Positions 40,085-53,540 of a stretch of DNA of 64,000 nt are shown here, in pieces. Both the position numbers and the translations under genes were made by a program. This stretch comes from Raja brachyura (lineage: Eukaryota), in the NCBI GenBank assembly GCA_963514005.1, contig OY740809.1:26226001-26290000 (forward strand). The letters are read 5' to 3'. The stretch's first letter is position 1, and every line of letters begins with the position of its first letter. Below the pieces are notes generated by a model that did not search any database, had not been told where the DNA came from, and worked only from the letters and a program-made list of their open reading frames with translations.

Positions 40085-40157
40085 CCCCAGAACTTCTTCT
40101 TATATTTGTTGGCCATAGCCTTCATAATGTTCAAATAATCATTCCTCCCAGAAGCCC
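40085..40157 (-). CDS. pdia6: PDIA6-like exon 10
   Basis: cag| GASGRNDYLNIMKAMANKYKKKFWG |gtaaat; 73 bp. Confidence 0.93.
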
Positions 40158-40529
40158 CTGTGAAAAGATAAAGCAGACAATTGGTCAAGTACAAAACAAT
40201 TATTGGATTCAATGTTGCAAGTATTTTTTTGAAAAGGATGAAAGGGTTTAAGTGAGCCAATAAATTAAGCAATGCGGGGAGAAATGGTCCAAGCCAAGTT
40301 GATTACAGAGATATTGAAGGATAAACAGTCCCCCTGTACAGAATAATTCCATCACTATTTGAAAGTGTAATGGGGTCTTTTAACTTTTCCTCTGACTGAA
40401 CCTCAGCACCCCTCAGTATTAAGTATCAGACTAGATTTGAAGACTTATACTCGAATCCACAATTATTCTTTCCTTTTCAGAAAATGGGGTGCTTCTTAGG
40501 AGCTAAACTCGACACTTAGTGCCTAAATC

Positions 40530-41548
40530 CATGAGACAGGAAAAAAATGGAAAAAGAGGAAGCTGGCAGTCCAGGGGGCAGCGCCGCCTTTCTGTAGCAA
40601 ATTTTTGATAATTATACCTTGAAATGACACAATTTCCTTGCTTGTTTACCCTTAATTTATACCAACTTTTTTAAAAATTATACCTTACAATAACACGTTT
40701 TCTCAAGGTAAATCTTTTTTAAATTATGCCTTACATTAACACATTGAATCAGGTAAAAAAAAACATTGCAGTGGCTATGACATACAGACTCTTGAATGCT
40801 TTTGTTTGTCAAATGAAAGAATTATTTTAAGACTGAAACAAGTCATATACTAGATGGATGCAATATATTCCCATTATTTTTCATGGGTTTGCCAAGTTGT
40901 GATACAGACTTCCTTTTTGCTCAACATGTGCTTCTAACACAAGTGAGGAGGGGGAGAAAGAGTTGTACCAGGGGTGTTGGGGAAAGAGTTGTACCATGGG
41001 AGGGGTTAAGAGGAGAGTTATACCACGAGAGTGGGGGGAGTTGTACCAGGGGAGGGAGTTGGGGGGAAGTGTGGAGTTATAGTAGGGGAGGAATAGAGAA
41101 TGGGGGAGAGGGCAGAGTTGGGGCGGGGGGGTGAATGGGCATAAATGTGCTCAATGGAGGGGGAGGGGGTAGAGTTGAGCCTGGGGGGAGGGAGCGCGGC
41201 TGCCCAACGCCAGGAGAGCAGCAGTAGCGGCGGCTTCCGCTTGCCACCCAGATTGGGGCCTTGGCTGAGGGTGAACCCTCCCTCCTCCCCACGGTTCCGG
41301 TGCCGTGCCAGCGTCTGCTTCCCTTCTGCCGTCGCCACTATTTACCTCAGCTGCTCTCCTGCCAGCGGCGCCATCGTGGCCAGCGCGAGCTGACGCGGAC
41401 GCTGATGACGCCAGAGAGAGGCAGGCGTCGTGACGCTAAAGCGGAAAGCCATTGAAAGCGGAGATTGACAGAAATTTTTTTATAACCAATGTTTCTTTTT
41501 ACCCAATAATCAAAACCCGCGGATTTCCCCGGAGAAATCTCATGCCTG
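40530..41548. mobile_element. Probable non-autonomous hAT-like DNA element with a GC-rich interior
   Basis: Ends catgaga / tctcatgcctg, both flanked by ctaaatc; composition contrasts sharply with the AT-rich intron. Confidence 0.45.
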
Positions 41549-41640
41549 CTAAATCACAACATGGCAGGCAGTGACAGAACAGTTCAACTATTTGTCGTAT
41601 ACTCCATCAACATAAAATAGTTTGAACAGCTAATGCTCAC

Positions 41641-41725
41641 CAGTATCCAAGATATGTGGTAATACAGCAACAACACATAGTTGATGATCATCACATGTCT
41701 TCTTTAGTACATCGTCATCAGTAAT
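41641..41725 (-). CDS. pdia6: PDIA6-like exon 9
   Basis: tag| [28 protein letters not shown] |gtgagc; 85 bp. Confidence 0.94.
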
Positions 41726-42380
41726 CTATTTTGAAACAATGAGATAATTTGTTATTGTGCATGAATATATTTCAACACGACTGCCCATTTTACAAATGAC
41801 TAGAAATTCAAAGATGAATTACACTTTTGAATTGCTTGTGTTTCAGTGATATGTTAAGTGTTCCACTTTTTCTTAATAGTCAATATAAAATGTACCATGG
41901 ACAGAACTTGAGGTTTGTTTCATGAACTGATTAAAGTGGAGGCTGGTGACTTGCAGTCATTCTGAAAATAAAATGTATGCAATGTATCCAACACACGGTG
42001 GTACAAGAAAGACCACAACTGAAAATAAGGAAAATTGCACTCTCTTTTTTTTCATTTCTACTCAGTAGGCAAGAGTGAACAATTGCTACGTTGTTCTAAT
42101 CACTTAACACCTATGTTGGTATTAGAAAAATATCTATTGTGCTTTCATATTAAGGATCACATCTCACTAACAGTGGAACAGTGAAAAGGTATGAAAGAAA
42201 CCAGTTGGGTGATGTTTCAGGTCAACCCAAAACATAACCCACTCTTTTTCTCCAGAGATGCTGCCTGACCCACTGAGTGACTCCAGCATTTGGTCTCTCT
42301 TTGGTATACATCAACATCTACTGTTCTTTGTTTCTATATGAAAGAAAACAGTTGTACTCATTTTCCAATACACTCCTTAC

Positions 42381-42524
42381 CTCTTGCAGTTCTGGAGCTG
42401 GTGAACTTTCAGCAAACATCTCAAGAGCACGAGCAACAAAATCACTTTTTGATCTTCCACCTTCATAGTCAACTGGGGCATCTTCATCTTTCTGAAATAT
42501 CTTAATGGAGGGGTAGCCACGAAC
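42381..42524 (-). CDS. pdia6: PDIA6-like exon 8
   Basis: cag| [48 protein letters not shown] |gtaagg; 144 bp. Confidence 0.94.
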
Positions 42525-42945
42525 CTGCAGGCAGAAATCAAAATAGCTTTTGTTGGTGCATGTTCTTAATGTTAAACATTACTTTAGATTAAAAAGTCAA
42601 AGGTTGGGACACGAATCAGATAGCCACACTTTTCTTAAAATGAAACAATGGGAAACAAATACAAAAACATTTTTTTTGGTGTGTCATGCATTTTAACAGA
42701 CATTTTCCTGAGCATTTGTAAAAATCATACATTCTATCCAAACAGTAAATTCCAATGATAAAATCTAACAGCTGAATACTTGCAGTGCATTTGTTAATAA
42801 GTTCAATTATAAAGTAAACCAGTTTACTGGTATCAAAATAAGCATTGTTTTGGTTCTTAAAAAGTTTAAAACATTAAACCTTTTTTCAGTCAGAATTTCA
42901 AATTATAAAAAGTGTACTGTGACCCCAGAGCTTCTAATCACTTAC

Positions 42946-43060
42946 CCCATACCGACCAGCCAACATCTGATTAGTTGTGGCATCCACTGCAGCCAATTTC
43001 ACCTTCCCACCTGTCTGTTCATGGATCTCAATGGCTGCCTCTGCCCACTCTGGTTCTAAC
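42946..43060 (-). CDS. pdia6: PDIA6-like exon 7
   Basis: aag| (R)[38 protein letters not shown] |gtaagt; 115 bp. Confidence 0.94.
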
Positions 43061-43227
43061 CTTCAGAAAACCAAGTACACATTTACTGAAGTTAATAAAA
43101 TCATTTAAAGACAGCATTGTGCATTGATGACGTCATTGTATTTTGTATGTAATCATTCACCGCATTTGCTAACCAAATCATGAAGTGGTATCAATAACAA
43201 GGAATACAGCAAACCCTCTTTGCTCCA

Positions 43228-43509
43228 NNNNNNNNNNNNNNNNNNNNNNNNNNNNNNNNNNNNNNNNNNNNNNNNNNNNNNNNNNNNNNNNNNNNNNNNN
43301 NNNNNNNNNNNNNNNNNNNNNNNNNNNNNNNNNNNNNNNNNNNNNNNNNNNNNNNNNNNNNNNNNNNNNNNNNNNNNNNNNNNNNNNNNNNNNNNNNNNN
43401 NNNNNNNNNNNNNNNNNNNNNNNNNNNNNNNNNNNNNNNNNNNNNNNNNNNNNNNNNNNNNNNNNNNNNNNNNNNNNNNNNNNNNNNNNNNNNNNNNNNN
43501 NNNNNNNNN
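43228..43509. other. Assembly gap (282 N) in pdia6 intron 6
   Basis: N run; all 13 pdia6 exons are found outside it. Confidence 1.
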
Positions 43510-44891
43510 GGCCGTTATGACCAAAACGCGCCATGAGTCCGTTCTTGAAGGGCTTTACTGTACACAGAAAGTTTTTAGAGACCCACACCATCTTGAATCA
43601 CAGCATTGTCTCATCAAAAATGTCTAATCAGCCACACGTAAACACAAGCAAATTAATTAATCGTTTATTCATATAGAAACAAATGTACTTCACCATCCAC
43701 TGGACTTTCCTCAATAATTGACAAACAGTACATTTCACTAGTGTATAAAAATTGAATATGTGCAGTGATTTTGCACCAAATTGGCTTAACACCCAAATGC
43801 TAAATATTGCAGATGGCATTTCACTCACAGCTTCCGCCCTAATTTAGACATTCCCTTCGTTCTCTTCTGTCTCTTCACTAACTCGTTCTTACCAGTTCCG
43901 ATGACCATGCATTAATCTATAATACTAATGTTATTCGTCTCACCAGATTCTACCTGCACTGCTGAGGAATTCCATCATTTTGTGATTATTAAGGAAAAAC
44001 ATAAAACTATTTTTCTCACTAAAAACACAATTAGCTAGATATAGATTAGAAATTACCAACTGAGGAGAGCAGCTAACATGCTGGGAGAGGGGTGGCAACT
44101 GTTTTGTTTTGGTTTAAGTTGCAAAGGAAAGCACATACAAGTATACAAGCATTAATTGTACACCTCAGAATGAAATAATGAGAGTTTCTCAATTTGTTCT
44201 CGCACTCAGAAGTATTTTACTTTGGCACTCCTTCATTCTGCATTTTCAACAATTAACTATTCTTTTGAATTATCCTGGCCTAACTTTACCAGGTGTTATA
44301 ATTAACGTTGTTTGTTTTATGAAGGGGTTCTCCTGCAATCTTCTCCATGTTTTACCCATCCTTTTGACACATTGGTTCCTTGTTGAAATGCAGTCTCACA
44401 GGTGGAAACTGCTTTATTTAAATTAACCTGTGGATATTCTTGTGATGAGAATCAAGTATTGGGAGGCTCTTCCATGCTGGAAGAATTAAATACAAGGTTT
44501 CCCCACAGTAGATATACAATATCTGTAGATCTCGTCACCAATTTAGATAGAATATCCAAGCTATTAGATTAGTGATTTTAACTGAGAAATACAAAAAAAA
44601 GAGATTTTGAAAATAAAACAATTAATGTGATATTATGCATGGAATTATATATTGTACATGTGAAACATATTTCACAGAACTGATGGTCACATTTCTGGAA
44701 AAGGCATTTCATGGTGCATGATCAAACCTGAATAATTTACTGATGTTTCTTTTGTATCCAAATGCTTGCCACCTTCAACCCAAAATGATCCTAATTGAAT
44801 ACAAAGATTCCACCAGATCTCACCGTTTCAGTTTTCACATCCACAATACGTCAAGCACATTTCTCCCAAGTATATGATCTGCGAAATTTAC

Positions 44892-45022
44892 CTCTTACAG
44901 TGTCCGCACCAGGGTGCATAGAACTCCACCATCCAAATATCACTGCTCCCGATAACATTTGCGTCAAAGGTATCATCCGTCAGCTCAATCACAGCCTTTT
45001 TATCAGATTTACTATCACTGCT
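44892..45022 (-). CDS. pdia6: PDIA6-like exon 6 (second WCGHC)
   Basis: cag| [43 protein letters not shown] |gtaaat; 131 bp. Confidence 0.95.
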
Positions 45023-45189
45023 CTGTAATCAGACAACAATTAAAACTTAAGCATGCAAAAATTGGCACACAGGCGCTCCGCTCCTCCCAGCAAGCCAAAT
45101 GTCAATTCCATATTAAAAGAATGTTCAAGCTCCGTCTCAACTACAGATGATTACTAGCACATTTTCAATTACATTGTACATGTCTCTAT

Positions 45190-45848
45190 ACCTCCTCCCG
45201 CGACTCTGTCCAGGGGCCCCGCAAGTCCTTTCAGGTTAGGCACAGGTTCACTTGCACCTCCTACAACCTCATCTATTGTTTCCACTGTTCAAGATGTCGA
45301 CTCTTATACATCAAGACCAAACGTAGACTGGGCAATCGTTTCGCAGAACACCTGCATTCAGCCCGCCTGAACTCACGGTTGCCGGACACTTCAATTCCTC
45401 CCATTCCTACAGACCTTTCCATCCTAGGTCTCCTCCATTGGCAGAGCGAGGATAAATGCAAATTGGAGGAACAGCATCTTTTTCGCTTGGGCAGCTTATA
45501 GCCCAGTGGTATGAATATTGATTTCTCTCACTTCAGGTATCCCAGCATTCGCTCTCTCCCTCCCACACCCAAGTTGCACTAGCTTCTAGTTTTCACCTTA
45601 CTAACAGCAAACAATGGCCTGTTTCCTTTATCATTGTTACTTTTTTGCACATCTTTTATTTATTGTTCTTTATCTCTCCACATCATCGTCTATGTCTCTC
45701 CTTTCTCTTATCCCTAAACAGACTGAAGGGTCTCGACCTGAAACGTTACCCATTCCTTCTCTCCAGAGATGCTGCCTATCCCGCTGAGTTACTCCAGCTT
45801 TGTGTCTATCTTCGGTTTAAACCAGCATCTGCAGTTCCTTCCTACACA
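45190..45848 (+). mobile_element. Penelope-like element 3' fragment: GIY-YIG endonuclease remnant, 3'UTR and pLTR with a degenerate hammerhead
   Basis: Translates with frameshifts to FTCTSYNLIYCFHCSRCRLLYI..TKRRLGNRFAEHL...KLEEQHL.FRLGSL*PSGMNIDFS; followed by ctgaagggtctcgacctgaaacgtt and the ccagcatctgcagttccttcct terminus. Confidence 0.8.
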
Positions 45849-46626
45849 TTGTACATCTTAATACAAGAAAAACATTCATATTAGATAAACATTTTCTGCA
45901 AACTAATTATTGAAAGTATTTTTATTGGTCTCAACCAAATCCTCAATTTCTCTGTGGAATTAATACCAAAACTGAATTATGATTAATGCCTTTGGTTAAG
46001 GTTCTCAGCGAAAATAATTTACATTCATTTGCAAAAGATATCTTTCCCTCTTAAGCAACAATAATTATTTTGAAAAGTCCTGGAAAGCAAACCAGACATA
46101 AAAGGTTTGTTCTTTCTTCCTACCTGCAGACTGAACTTGCTTGCATAAACATCAGAAGGCTAAGTACATTTCTGATTAACATCCCATTCCTACAGCCACC
46201 TTGGCCCCAACCCATTAGATATGCCCCTTGTTCTCTACCCCCCCCCCCTCCCCCAAATCTCTCCCCTTACCGTCTCCACAACTTTAAAATTTCTCTGAAC
46301 CGGTTTTGATGAAAAATCTTCGAAAGCAATTATTTTCTTTCCAGCTGCCTGATCTATTGAGTGTTTCTAGCATTTTTACTTATTCACGTTGTATGTGTAT
46401 TGATTGAGGTTCATTCTTTTGCATCTAGTCATCACAGCACGTCAGATATCCTGCCTTTCAAAATACATTAGCTCCTCCACTGCTGAGCATCAAAAAATGC
46501 TCGTCTGCAGGATCCACTGAATATTATGATCAGTTCAGATAATGCCTAATGTGTATTTGTATATGTACAGAAATATCAGTTACATCTCCAAATCAAATGT
46601 CCATTTCTAAGAGTAAAATGTTTTAC

Positions 46627-46730
46627 CTTTTTGCCAGAACTTGAGCTGCTCTTGCCTCCAAGTCTATCCCGGACAATTGACCGCAAAGAGTTAAGAGCCG
46701 CGTCAGTGATTCCTTGAGCAGATCTTGCAC
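46627..46730 (-). CDS. pdia6: PDIA6-like exon 5
   Basis: cag| GARSAQGITDAALNSLRSIVRDRLGGKSSSSSGKK |gtaaaa; 104 bp. Confidence 0.92.
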
Positions 46731-47029
46731 CTGTATGTAATTACAATCAACATTAATATCAAAATAATGTTTTTAGATATGAAATTCTAGATCACCATGG
46801 GTGTTTTTAATTTAATGCCATCATAAGCTTTTTTTTCCCTTGCCAATTTCCCACAACCCAAATCACAGAAAATATCAAACGTCAGTTATAGTCACCAAAT
46901 TACTATTAAAACAAACAATTATTTCATCTTTTTTTTGCAATTTGGTTTAGTTACAACTATAAATGTTGTAGTAGTGATTGGTCATTTAATAGAACAGGAG
47001 GAATAAAACAGTTGTAATAAAAAGTAGGC

Positions 47030-47770
47030 CCACAAATTAAAAATCTAAAATTGACTTGAGAAATTTTGAATGCATTAGACAGAGACTTAAAGATTGCTGG
47101 TTGAGGCTGTTTGCAGGTAAAGGAACGCATGGCAAGTGGGAGGCTTTTAAAAGTGAGATAGGACAGCATGATCCTGGTGGAATGAAGTACAAGGCTGATA
47201 CGATTAAGAAAACCAGGTTGATGAGGGATACTGAAACAAGAGTCAGGAAGCTCTACAGTTGGCTCTACATGGTAGAGATATTTGCATCATCTTTATGCAA
47301 GGACAAGATGCCAGAACTGTAGGTTGGCTAATGTCTTATCTGGATTTCAGAATGGCTACAAGGACAAGGTAAGGAGCTACAAGCCGTTGAGCCAAATGTC
47401 AATAGTGGAAAAGCTATTGGAGGGCATTAGAGGCCGAGGGGTGACCTTATAGAGGTGACAGGGGGCATAGATAAAGTTAATGTTACAGTTTTTCCCCCAG
47501 GGTAGAGGACTAGGGTAAATGGTTAAAACTAGAGGGCACAGTTTTAAGTGAGAGGAGAAATTATTCAAAGGAACCCACAGGGCAACTTTACCTGGGGTGG
47601 TGAGTATATGATAGTTCTAGGAACGCTTACAATTTATAGCATTAAGAAAACATTTGGATGGGTTGATGGATAGAAAAGGTTTGGGAGGGATATGGGCCAA
47701 ACATTTAAATAGACATTGTGGTCAACACAGACAATTCGGGTTTAAGTGCCTGTTACCATGTTTTATGACA
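47030..47770 (+). mobile_element. Rearranged CR1 fragments
   Basis: WEAFKSEI, gggtgaccttatagaggt, aactagagggcacagttttaag motifs. Confidence 0.6.
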
Positions 47771-47808
47771 ACGACAATAATTTCCATACTGAGTTCCCCA
47801 TGTCTTAC

Positions 47809-47935
47809 CATTATAATCATCGGGTTTATTCTTGTTTAATCCAAAGATCTTTATGGTTGGAAATCCCTGAACACCATACTGCCCACCAAGAGATTGATGT
47901 TTGTCAGCATCTACTGCTCCAATTTTTACTATTCC
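47809..47935 (-). CDS. pdia6: PDIA6-like exon 4
   Basis: cag| [42 protein letters not shown] |gtaaga; 127 bp. Confidence 0.95.
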
Positions 47936-48576
47936 CTGCAACATTAAAGCAAAGTTACAATTTCATCTATCCCCAATTTAAATGAAAAACCAAAATTAAA
48001 GAGCAAAAAACAGATTCCTACATAGCATGAAAACATTGTTTGGGACTGCACTATTAACTAATGTGGAAAAGGAAATTCAATGGCTTTCAAACCACAAATG
48101 ACAAAAATAATACATTTCAAAATCATAACATGCTAGCCGCAGAACACTAGAACAGTATATTAGTGATTTTTTTTCACCAGCTAAAGGGCTGCAAGTTTAC
48201 ATTTTGCCCCAATAATCAAAGAGTGAATGAAGTAGAATAGAGCAAAGTAAATTAAAGAGCAATAATATACATTGTAACAAATGCTTAGCACACTATCAGG
48301 ACTCGTGCAAGATCTTAAACCAGTAACTAGCAACAGCAAATATTGTTTTTCCAAAATCCAAAAGCAAATATGATGCATTTTAGCAAAGTCAGACTAAAAC
48401 TATACAAATAATCAAAGCCAATTAGTTCTCATGTGGAATTATATACCAACAAGTACTCAAGGAAAACCAAATGTAAAGCTTTTTAAAATTAAATCACACT
48501 CATCTTTAATTAGGAAAACCCATTAGAATAATTTTAAATTATAAAACAATTTAGTTAAACTGCATTAAAATACAAC

Positions 48577-48634
48577 CTTCAAGGCTGATGCAGCTTTCTT
48601 CCACTCTGGGGCCAAACTCTGACAATGTCCACAC
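48577..48634 (-). CDS. pdia6: PDIA6-like exon 3 (first CGHC)
   Basis: cag| (W)CGHCQSLAPEWKKAASALK |gttgta; 58 bp. Confidence 0.93.
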
Positions 48635-48732
48635 CTGAAGGAGAAAGTATTCTTTAGGAAATTAAGACTAACATTTAAAAATATACAAATAATAACTAAT
48701 AAGCAATAAGCCATCAGAAGATCTAGTCTTCC

Positions 48733-49112
48733 AAACCCCCCAATTTTATTTGTTTCGGTACATTAATCGATTTTTAGAAATATTACTCAACCATAAATAA
48801 TTTCTAAAAATTAGTTTAGTTTGAAAGATTTTGCCTATTTATTGTTCAATTTTTACCTTTATTGCAGTGGATTGGTTAGTGAGTGATTGAGTAGATTTAT
48901 ACCTGACTGGTTAGTTACCTACCTCCCAGTATAAATCCACTCTACTCAGCAAGTATTCAGTCCACTGCAATAATGTAAAAATGGTTGGAAAATAAAGAGA
49001 AAAACAATTTATTTCAAACTAAATTGGTTTCTAAAATGAATTTCAATATTAAATATTTATTCTAAAATGTGATTAATGTACAGAAATATTTGAAAACCAT
49101 AAGGGGGGTTCA
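48733..49112. repeat. ~380-bp imperfect palindrome (old MITE-like)
   Basis: Arm pairs tacattaatc/gattaatgta, tattgcagtgga/tccactgcaata and gatttatac/gtataaatc. Confidence 0.7.
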
Positions 49113-49119
49113 AAACATT

Positions 49120-49750
49120 ATGCCTTTTGTGGACAACACTGGGATAGGGCTTTGTTGATTTTCAAAGCTCAGGGATGATTCTTCAGAGGTTTTGTAGTAA
49201 AAAAAGCAGGAGGGTTTAGATGCCTTGGTCTACATGGTCTTGCCAGTATCATGGGGTACTGGCAAGTCCATAATTAGAAGACTACATCCTTATTGTGTCC
49301 ATAAGGAACAATATACTAGTATTGGAGATACTAGGGAAGGTTCAACAAAGTTAATTCCTGGGAAGAAGGGCGTTGAGGAATGAAAACATGTCAAATTGTT
49401 TGATCTTACAGTTACTGGAGTTTACAATAATGGGAGGGAATTTTATTGAAAGATAAGATTCTACAGGTAAATTGATGGGGTGGATGTTTCCGTAAGAGTG
49501 TTATCTAAGACTGGGGCTCTTAGTTTCAGAATAGATTTCACAGATTTGGGACAGAAGAAATTCCTGCACCTCCACTCTGAGGGTCATGAATCTTTTAAAC
49601 TCTCCACTACAGTGGTCATGGAGGCAGAATCATTGAATAAATTCAAGGCAGAAGTTAAGAGATTTAAACTTGAGAGTGATAAGCATACGGGGAGGGAATA
49701 GGAAGGTAGTGGAGACTGAACTACCCAATCTTATTGAATGACAGAACAAG
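49120..49750 (+). mobile_element. Degenerate CR1 3' fragment
   Basis: ttaattcctggg...gaggcagaatcattgaataaattcaaggcaga. Confidence 0.5.
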
Positions 49751-50089
49751 CTTTACTAGATAAAGAGCACAACTGCCAAGTAATTAAAAGGGAAAATAGT
49801 TTCAAGGAACTACAAATTTGCATACCCGTATATAATTGCTGCATCTGCAATTTGTGTGAATAACCTTTTCCCCTTTAATTACAGTCTAATTATTTTTCAA
49901 ATGTAACATCTTGTGGAAGTTTTAAAATGTATTAGTTTAACTTATTTCTAAATTCCATAGAGAACAGGAAGGATCACTGAACTAATAAACAGATGCTAAC
50001 ACGGTGATTACAGAAAGCCAAACAGGGCAACCAGGATCTTAATGAACTGCATCTTAAGGCGATTCACGCAAACACAAGAGTGGCAGTAA

Positions 50090-50265
50090 AGACACAAAGT
50101 GCCAGAGTAATTCAGCGGGTCTGGCAGCATCTTTGGATAACTTTGGTAGGTGAAGAAGGGTCCCAACTCAAAACGTCACCTATCCATGTTCTCCAGAGTT
50201 GCTGCCTGACCCGTTGAGTTACTCCAGCATGTGTCTTTTTTGGTATCTGCCGTTCCTTACGTCTA
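50090..50265. mobile_element. Degenerate palindromic Penelope-derived element
   Basis: Same family motifs (tgaagaagggtccc...aaacgtcacc; gagttactccagca). Confidence 0.6.
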
Positions 50266-50489
50266 CAACAATTAGTGACACAGTGAAATTGGAGCAGGGA
50301 TGAAGAATATGTTGCTATGATGGAAGCAAGTAACCTCCGTTTTAAATTGAAAAGAATGCTCAGATTGCTTCCGTTCAAGCCAGTGACCAATGAAATAAAC
50401 TTGATTGAAAGGATAACAAGTCTGTGGCATGAGAGCATGGTGCATTAGTCAAAATACAAGACTATAATGGAATCATGAAAAATAATTAC

Positions 50490-50680
50490 AATGGTGCAGC
50501 AGTAGAGTTGCTGCCTTACAGCGCCAGAGACCCACATTCGATCCAGACTACCGGTACTTATTCATACAGTTTGTATGTTCTCGGTATGACCTGCGAGGGT
50601 TCCCTCCGGGATCTCTGGTTTCCTCCAGCGCACCAAAGACGTACAAGTTGTAGGTTAACAGGCTCGGTAAAATTGTAAAG
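50490..50680 (+). mobile_element. tRNA-derived SINE (HE1/V-SINE-like); related copies at 22100-22300 (+) and 58720-58915 (-)
   Basis: A box tggtgcagcagtag, B box-like ttcgatcc, V-domain-like ctggtttcctcca..caccaaagacgt. Confidence 0.65.
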
Positions 50681-51547
50681 TGACAACGATTAAAACAATC
50701 TGCCATCTACCTGCAGAATGTACCAGCACTTCCTCAAAGTGCTGATGAACAAAATTATAGTGCATAAATGTTAATACCACAGATCCTTGGACAACAATCG
50801 GAGGCTAAATCTATCTTTTACACTTTAATACCCGACAGATGTCACAAACATTTTCATGCTTCACTGTCAGCATTCATCACAGCTTCAATCTCCTATCATC
50901 AAACCTGCCATTTAAACGCGTAAATTAAGTAAATATGGGGGGCAGATCTAGCAAATTAATGTATCTGTCATTCTAAATTCACTCTCTTGATGACCTCTTC
51001 CTTCTCCAAACAGAACAATTTAACTGTTCCAGGTGAAACACCATTCGTCTTTCAAATACGGTTAAAATATTATTGTGCACATCAGGTTTAAACAGAGAAG
51101 ATCTGTTCATCCATTTTCAATAAAACAAACATGATTTATAGGATTAGATATTACTACAAGGATTAATGCCATTTATTAACATAATTACTTCCGAATCCAG
51201 TAATGCAGCATTTCTAGGTTTTCATGAATCACTGCTAAGCATGTTTAATTAATGATCACGCAGAAAGAAATTTGGAAAACAACTTTTACAACTGCTATTT
51301 TAAAATAAGTGTCTGTACTCACATCTTGGATAAATATGCTAGGTTTTTCTATCTAAGCCTTGATCCTTATAAGTTTCTCAATGTGAGAGCCCATAAACTA
51401 AAATTAAAAAAAACAGGTGGAGTGACCGTAGAAGTACATAACTGAACTGTAAGGTGATGGGTTTTGTATATCACATGTATTTCACCGTGACCTGGTCTAT
51501 GCAGTTACAGCAGATCCATTTGTTAAGTCGGAGTCTTTGGAACTCAC

Positions 51548-51686
51548 CATGGTGCATAAAACTCCACCAACCATAGTTCATCACTTTGAATAACTTCGTT
51601 GTTGAAGTCACTTTGGGATAGTTCCACAACATCATCACTTGCTGAGTAAAGGGCATTGACAGTGACAAGCAATGTGCCAAAGATAC
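51548..51686 (-). CDS. pdia6: PDIA6-like exon 2 (signal peptide end, thioredoxin domain 1)
   Basis: cag| [47 protein letters not shown] |gtgagt; 139 bp. Confidence 0.93.
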
Positions 51687-52212
51687 CTGCAAAGCAAAAC
51701 AGAACTTGCGTAACTGAAACAACCTTTACACTTAATTTCAGACCAAAGTAGACAAACGTAATTGTAATTTACATGCAAACTCAGTAAAATAAATCTTTGC
51801 AATAAAATTTGAATACCTGGAATACTCCGGTCAGGCACTGCTTATGCACAGATAGTTAATATTTTTCACTGATCTGTAACCTCAAAATGTGTTACTCCCA
51901 TGGAATCCAGGCATGAAAGTTTTAGAATGGATCTGAAGCGACCCCACCACCCAATCCACACAAAGTATGATTGAAATTTGGAATGCACTGCTCCAAGTAC
52001 TCTCAAAATATTAAGGAGCAACTAAAACACCAAGGCCAAGACCCTAATGCAGCAAAATGTGATTACTTGAGTGGGACTGTCAGAATTGATATAGTTGGCA
52101 AAAGTGTCTGTTTCTGGACTAGGAATCTTAATTCAGATTGCACTATCTGTAACACTTTGTTGTTGGATTATTGATATTGCTAGAGAGCCACTTATGTTTT
52201 GTAGTTACTAAA

Positions 52213-53540
52213 ATAGAAACATAGAAAATAGGTGCAGGAGTAGGCCATTCGGCCCTTCGAGCCTGCACCGCCATTCAATGTGATCATGGCTGATCATCCA
52301 ACTCAGTATCCCGTACCTGCCTTCTCTCCATACCCCCTGATCCCTTTAGCCACAAGTGCCACATCTAACGCCCTCTTAAATATAGCCAATGAACTGGCCT
52401 CAACTACCTTCTGTGGCAGAGAATTCCAGAGACTCACCACTCTCTGTGTAAAGAATGTTTTCCTCATTTCGGTCCTAAAGGAATTCCCCCTTATCCTTAG
52501 ACTGTGACCCCTTGTTCTGGACTCCCCCAACATCGGGAACAATCTTCCAGCATCTAGCTTGTCCAACCCCTTAAGAATTTTGTAGGTTTCTATAAGATCC
52601 CCCCTCAATCTTCTAAATTCCATCGAGTACAAACCGAGTCTATCCAATCTTTCCTCATATGAAAGTCCTGACATCCCAGGAATCAGTCTGGTGAATCTTC
52701 TCTGTACCCCCTCTATGGCAAGGATGTCTTTCCTCAGATTTGGAGACCAAAACTGTACGCAGTACTCCAGGTGTGGCCTCACCAAAACCCTGTACAACTG
52801 CAGTAGAACCTCCCTGCTCCTATACTCAAATCCTTTCGCTATGAATGCTAACATACCATTTGCTTTCTTCACTGCCTGCTGCACCTGCATGCCTACTTTC
52901 AATGACTGGTGTACCATGACACCCAGGTCTCGTTGCATCTCCCCCTTACCTAATCTGCCACCATTCAGATAATAGTCTACCCTCATGTTTTTGCCACCAA
53001 AGTGGATAACCTCACATTTATCCACATTGTACTGCATCTGCCATGCATCTGCCCATTCACTCAGCCTATCCAAATCACCCTGCAGCCTCCAAGCATCCTC
53101 CTCACACCTAACTATACCCCCCAGCTTGGTATCATCTGCAAATTTGGAGATGTTGCATTGAATTCCCTCGTCCAAATCATTAATATATATTGTAAATAGC
53201 TGGGGTCCCAGCACTGAGCCTTGCGGCACCCCACTAGTCACTGCCTGCCATTCTGAAAAGGACCCGTTTACTCCTACCCTTTGCCTCCTGTCTGCTAGCC
53301 AGTTCTCTATCCACATCAATACTGAACCCCCAATACCGTGTGCTTTAAGTTTGTATGCTAATCTCTTATGCGGGACCTTGTCGAAAGCCTTCTGAAAGTC
53401 TAGATACAACACATCCACTGGTTCTCCCTTATCCACTCTACTAGTTACATCCTCGAAAAATTCTATCAGATTTGTCAGACATGATTTACCTTTCGTAAAT
53501 CCATGCTGACTTTGTCCAATGATTTCACCACTTTCCAAAT
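52213..53540 (-). mobile_element. Young 5'-truncated CR1 LINE with an uninterrupted RT C-terminal ORF
   Basis: ORF 52303-53598: QHGFTKGKSCLTNL, YLDFQKAFDKVPH, GVPQGSVLGP, FADDTKLG, LVRPHLEYCVQFWSP; CR1 tail. Confidence 0.95.

Noticed and set aside
40883-41455. GC-rich island as an internal promoter or nested gene
   Set aside because: It lies within a probable DNA-transposon remnant; the ORFs are low complexity with no splice-supported structure.
43153-43627. ORFs spanning the N run, or a pdia6 exon hidden in the gap
   Set aside because: These are artefacts of the Ns; exons 6 and 7 join in frame without extra sequence.
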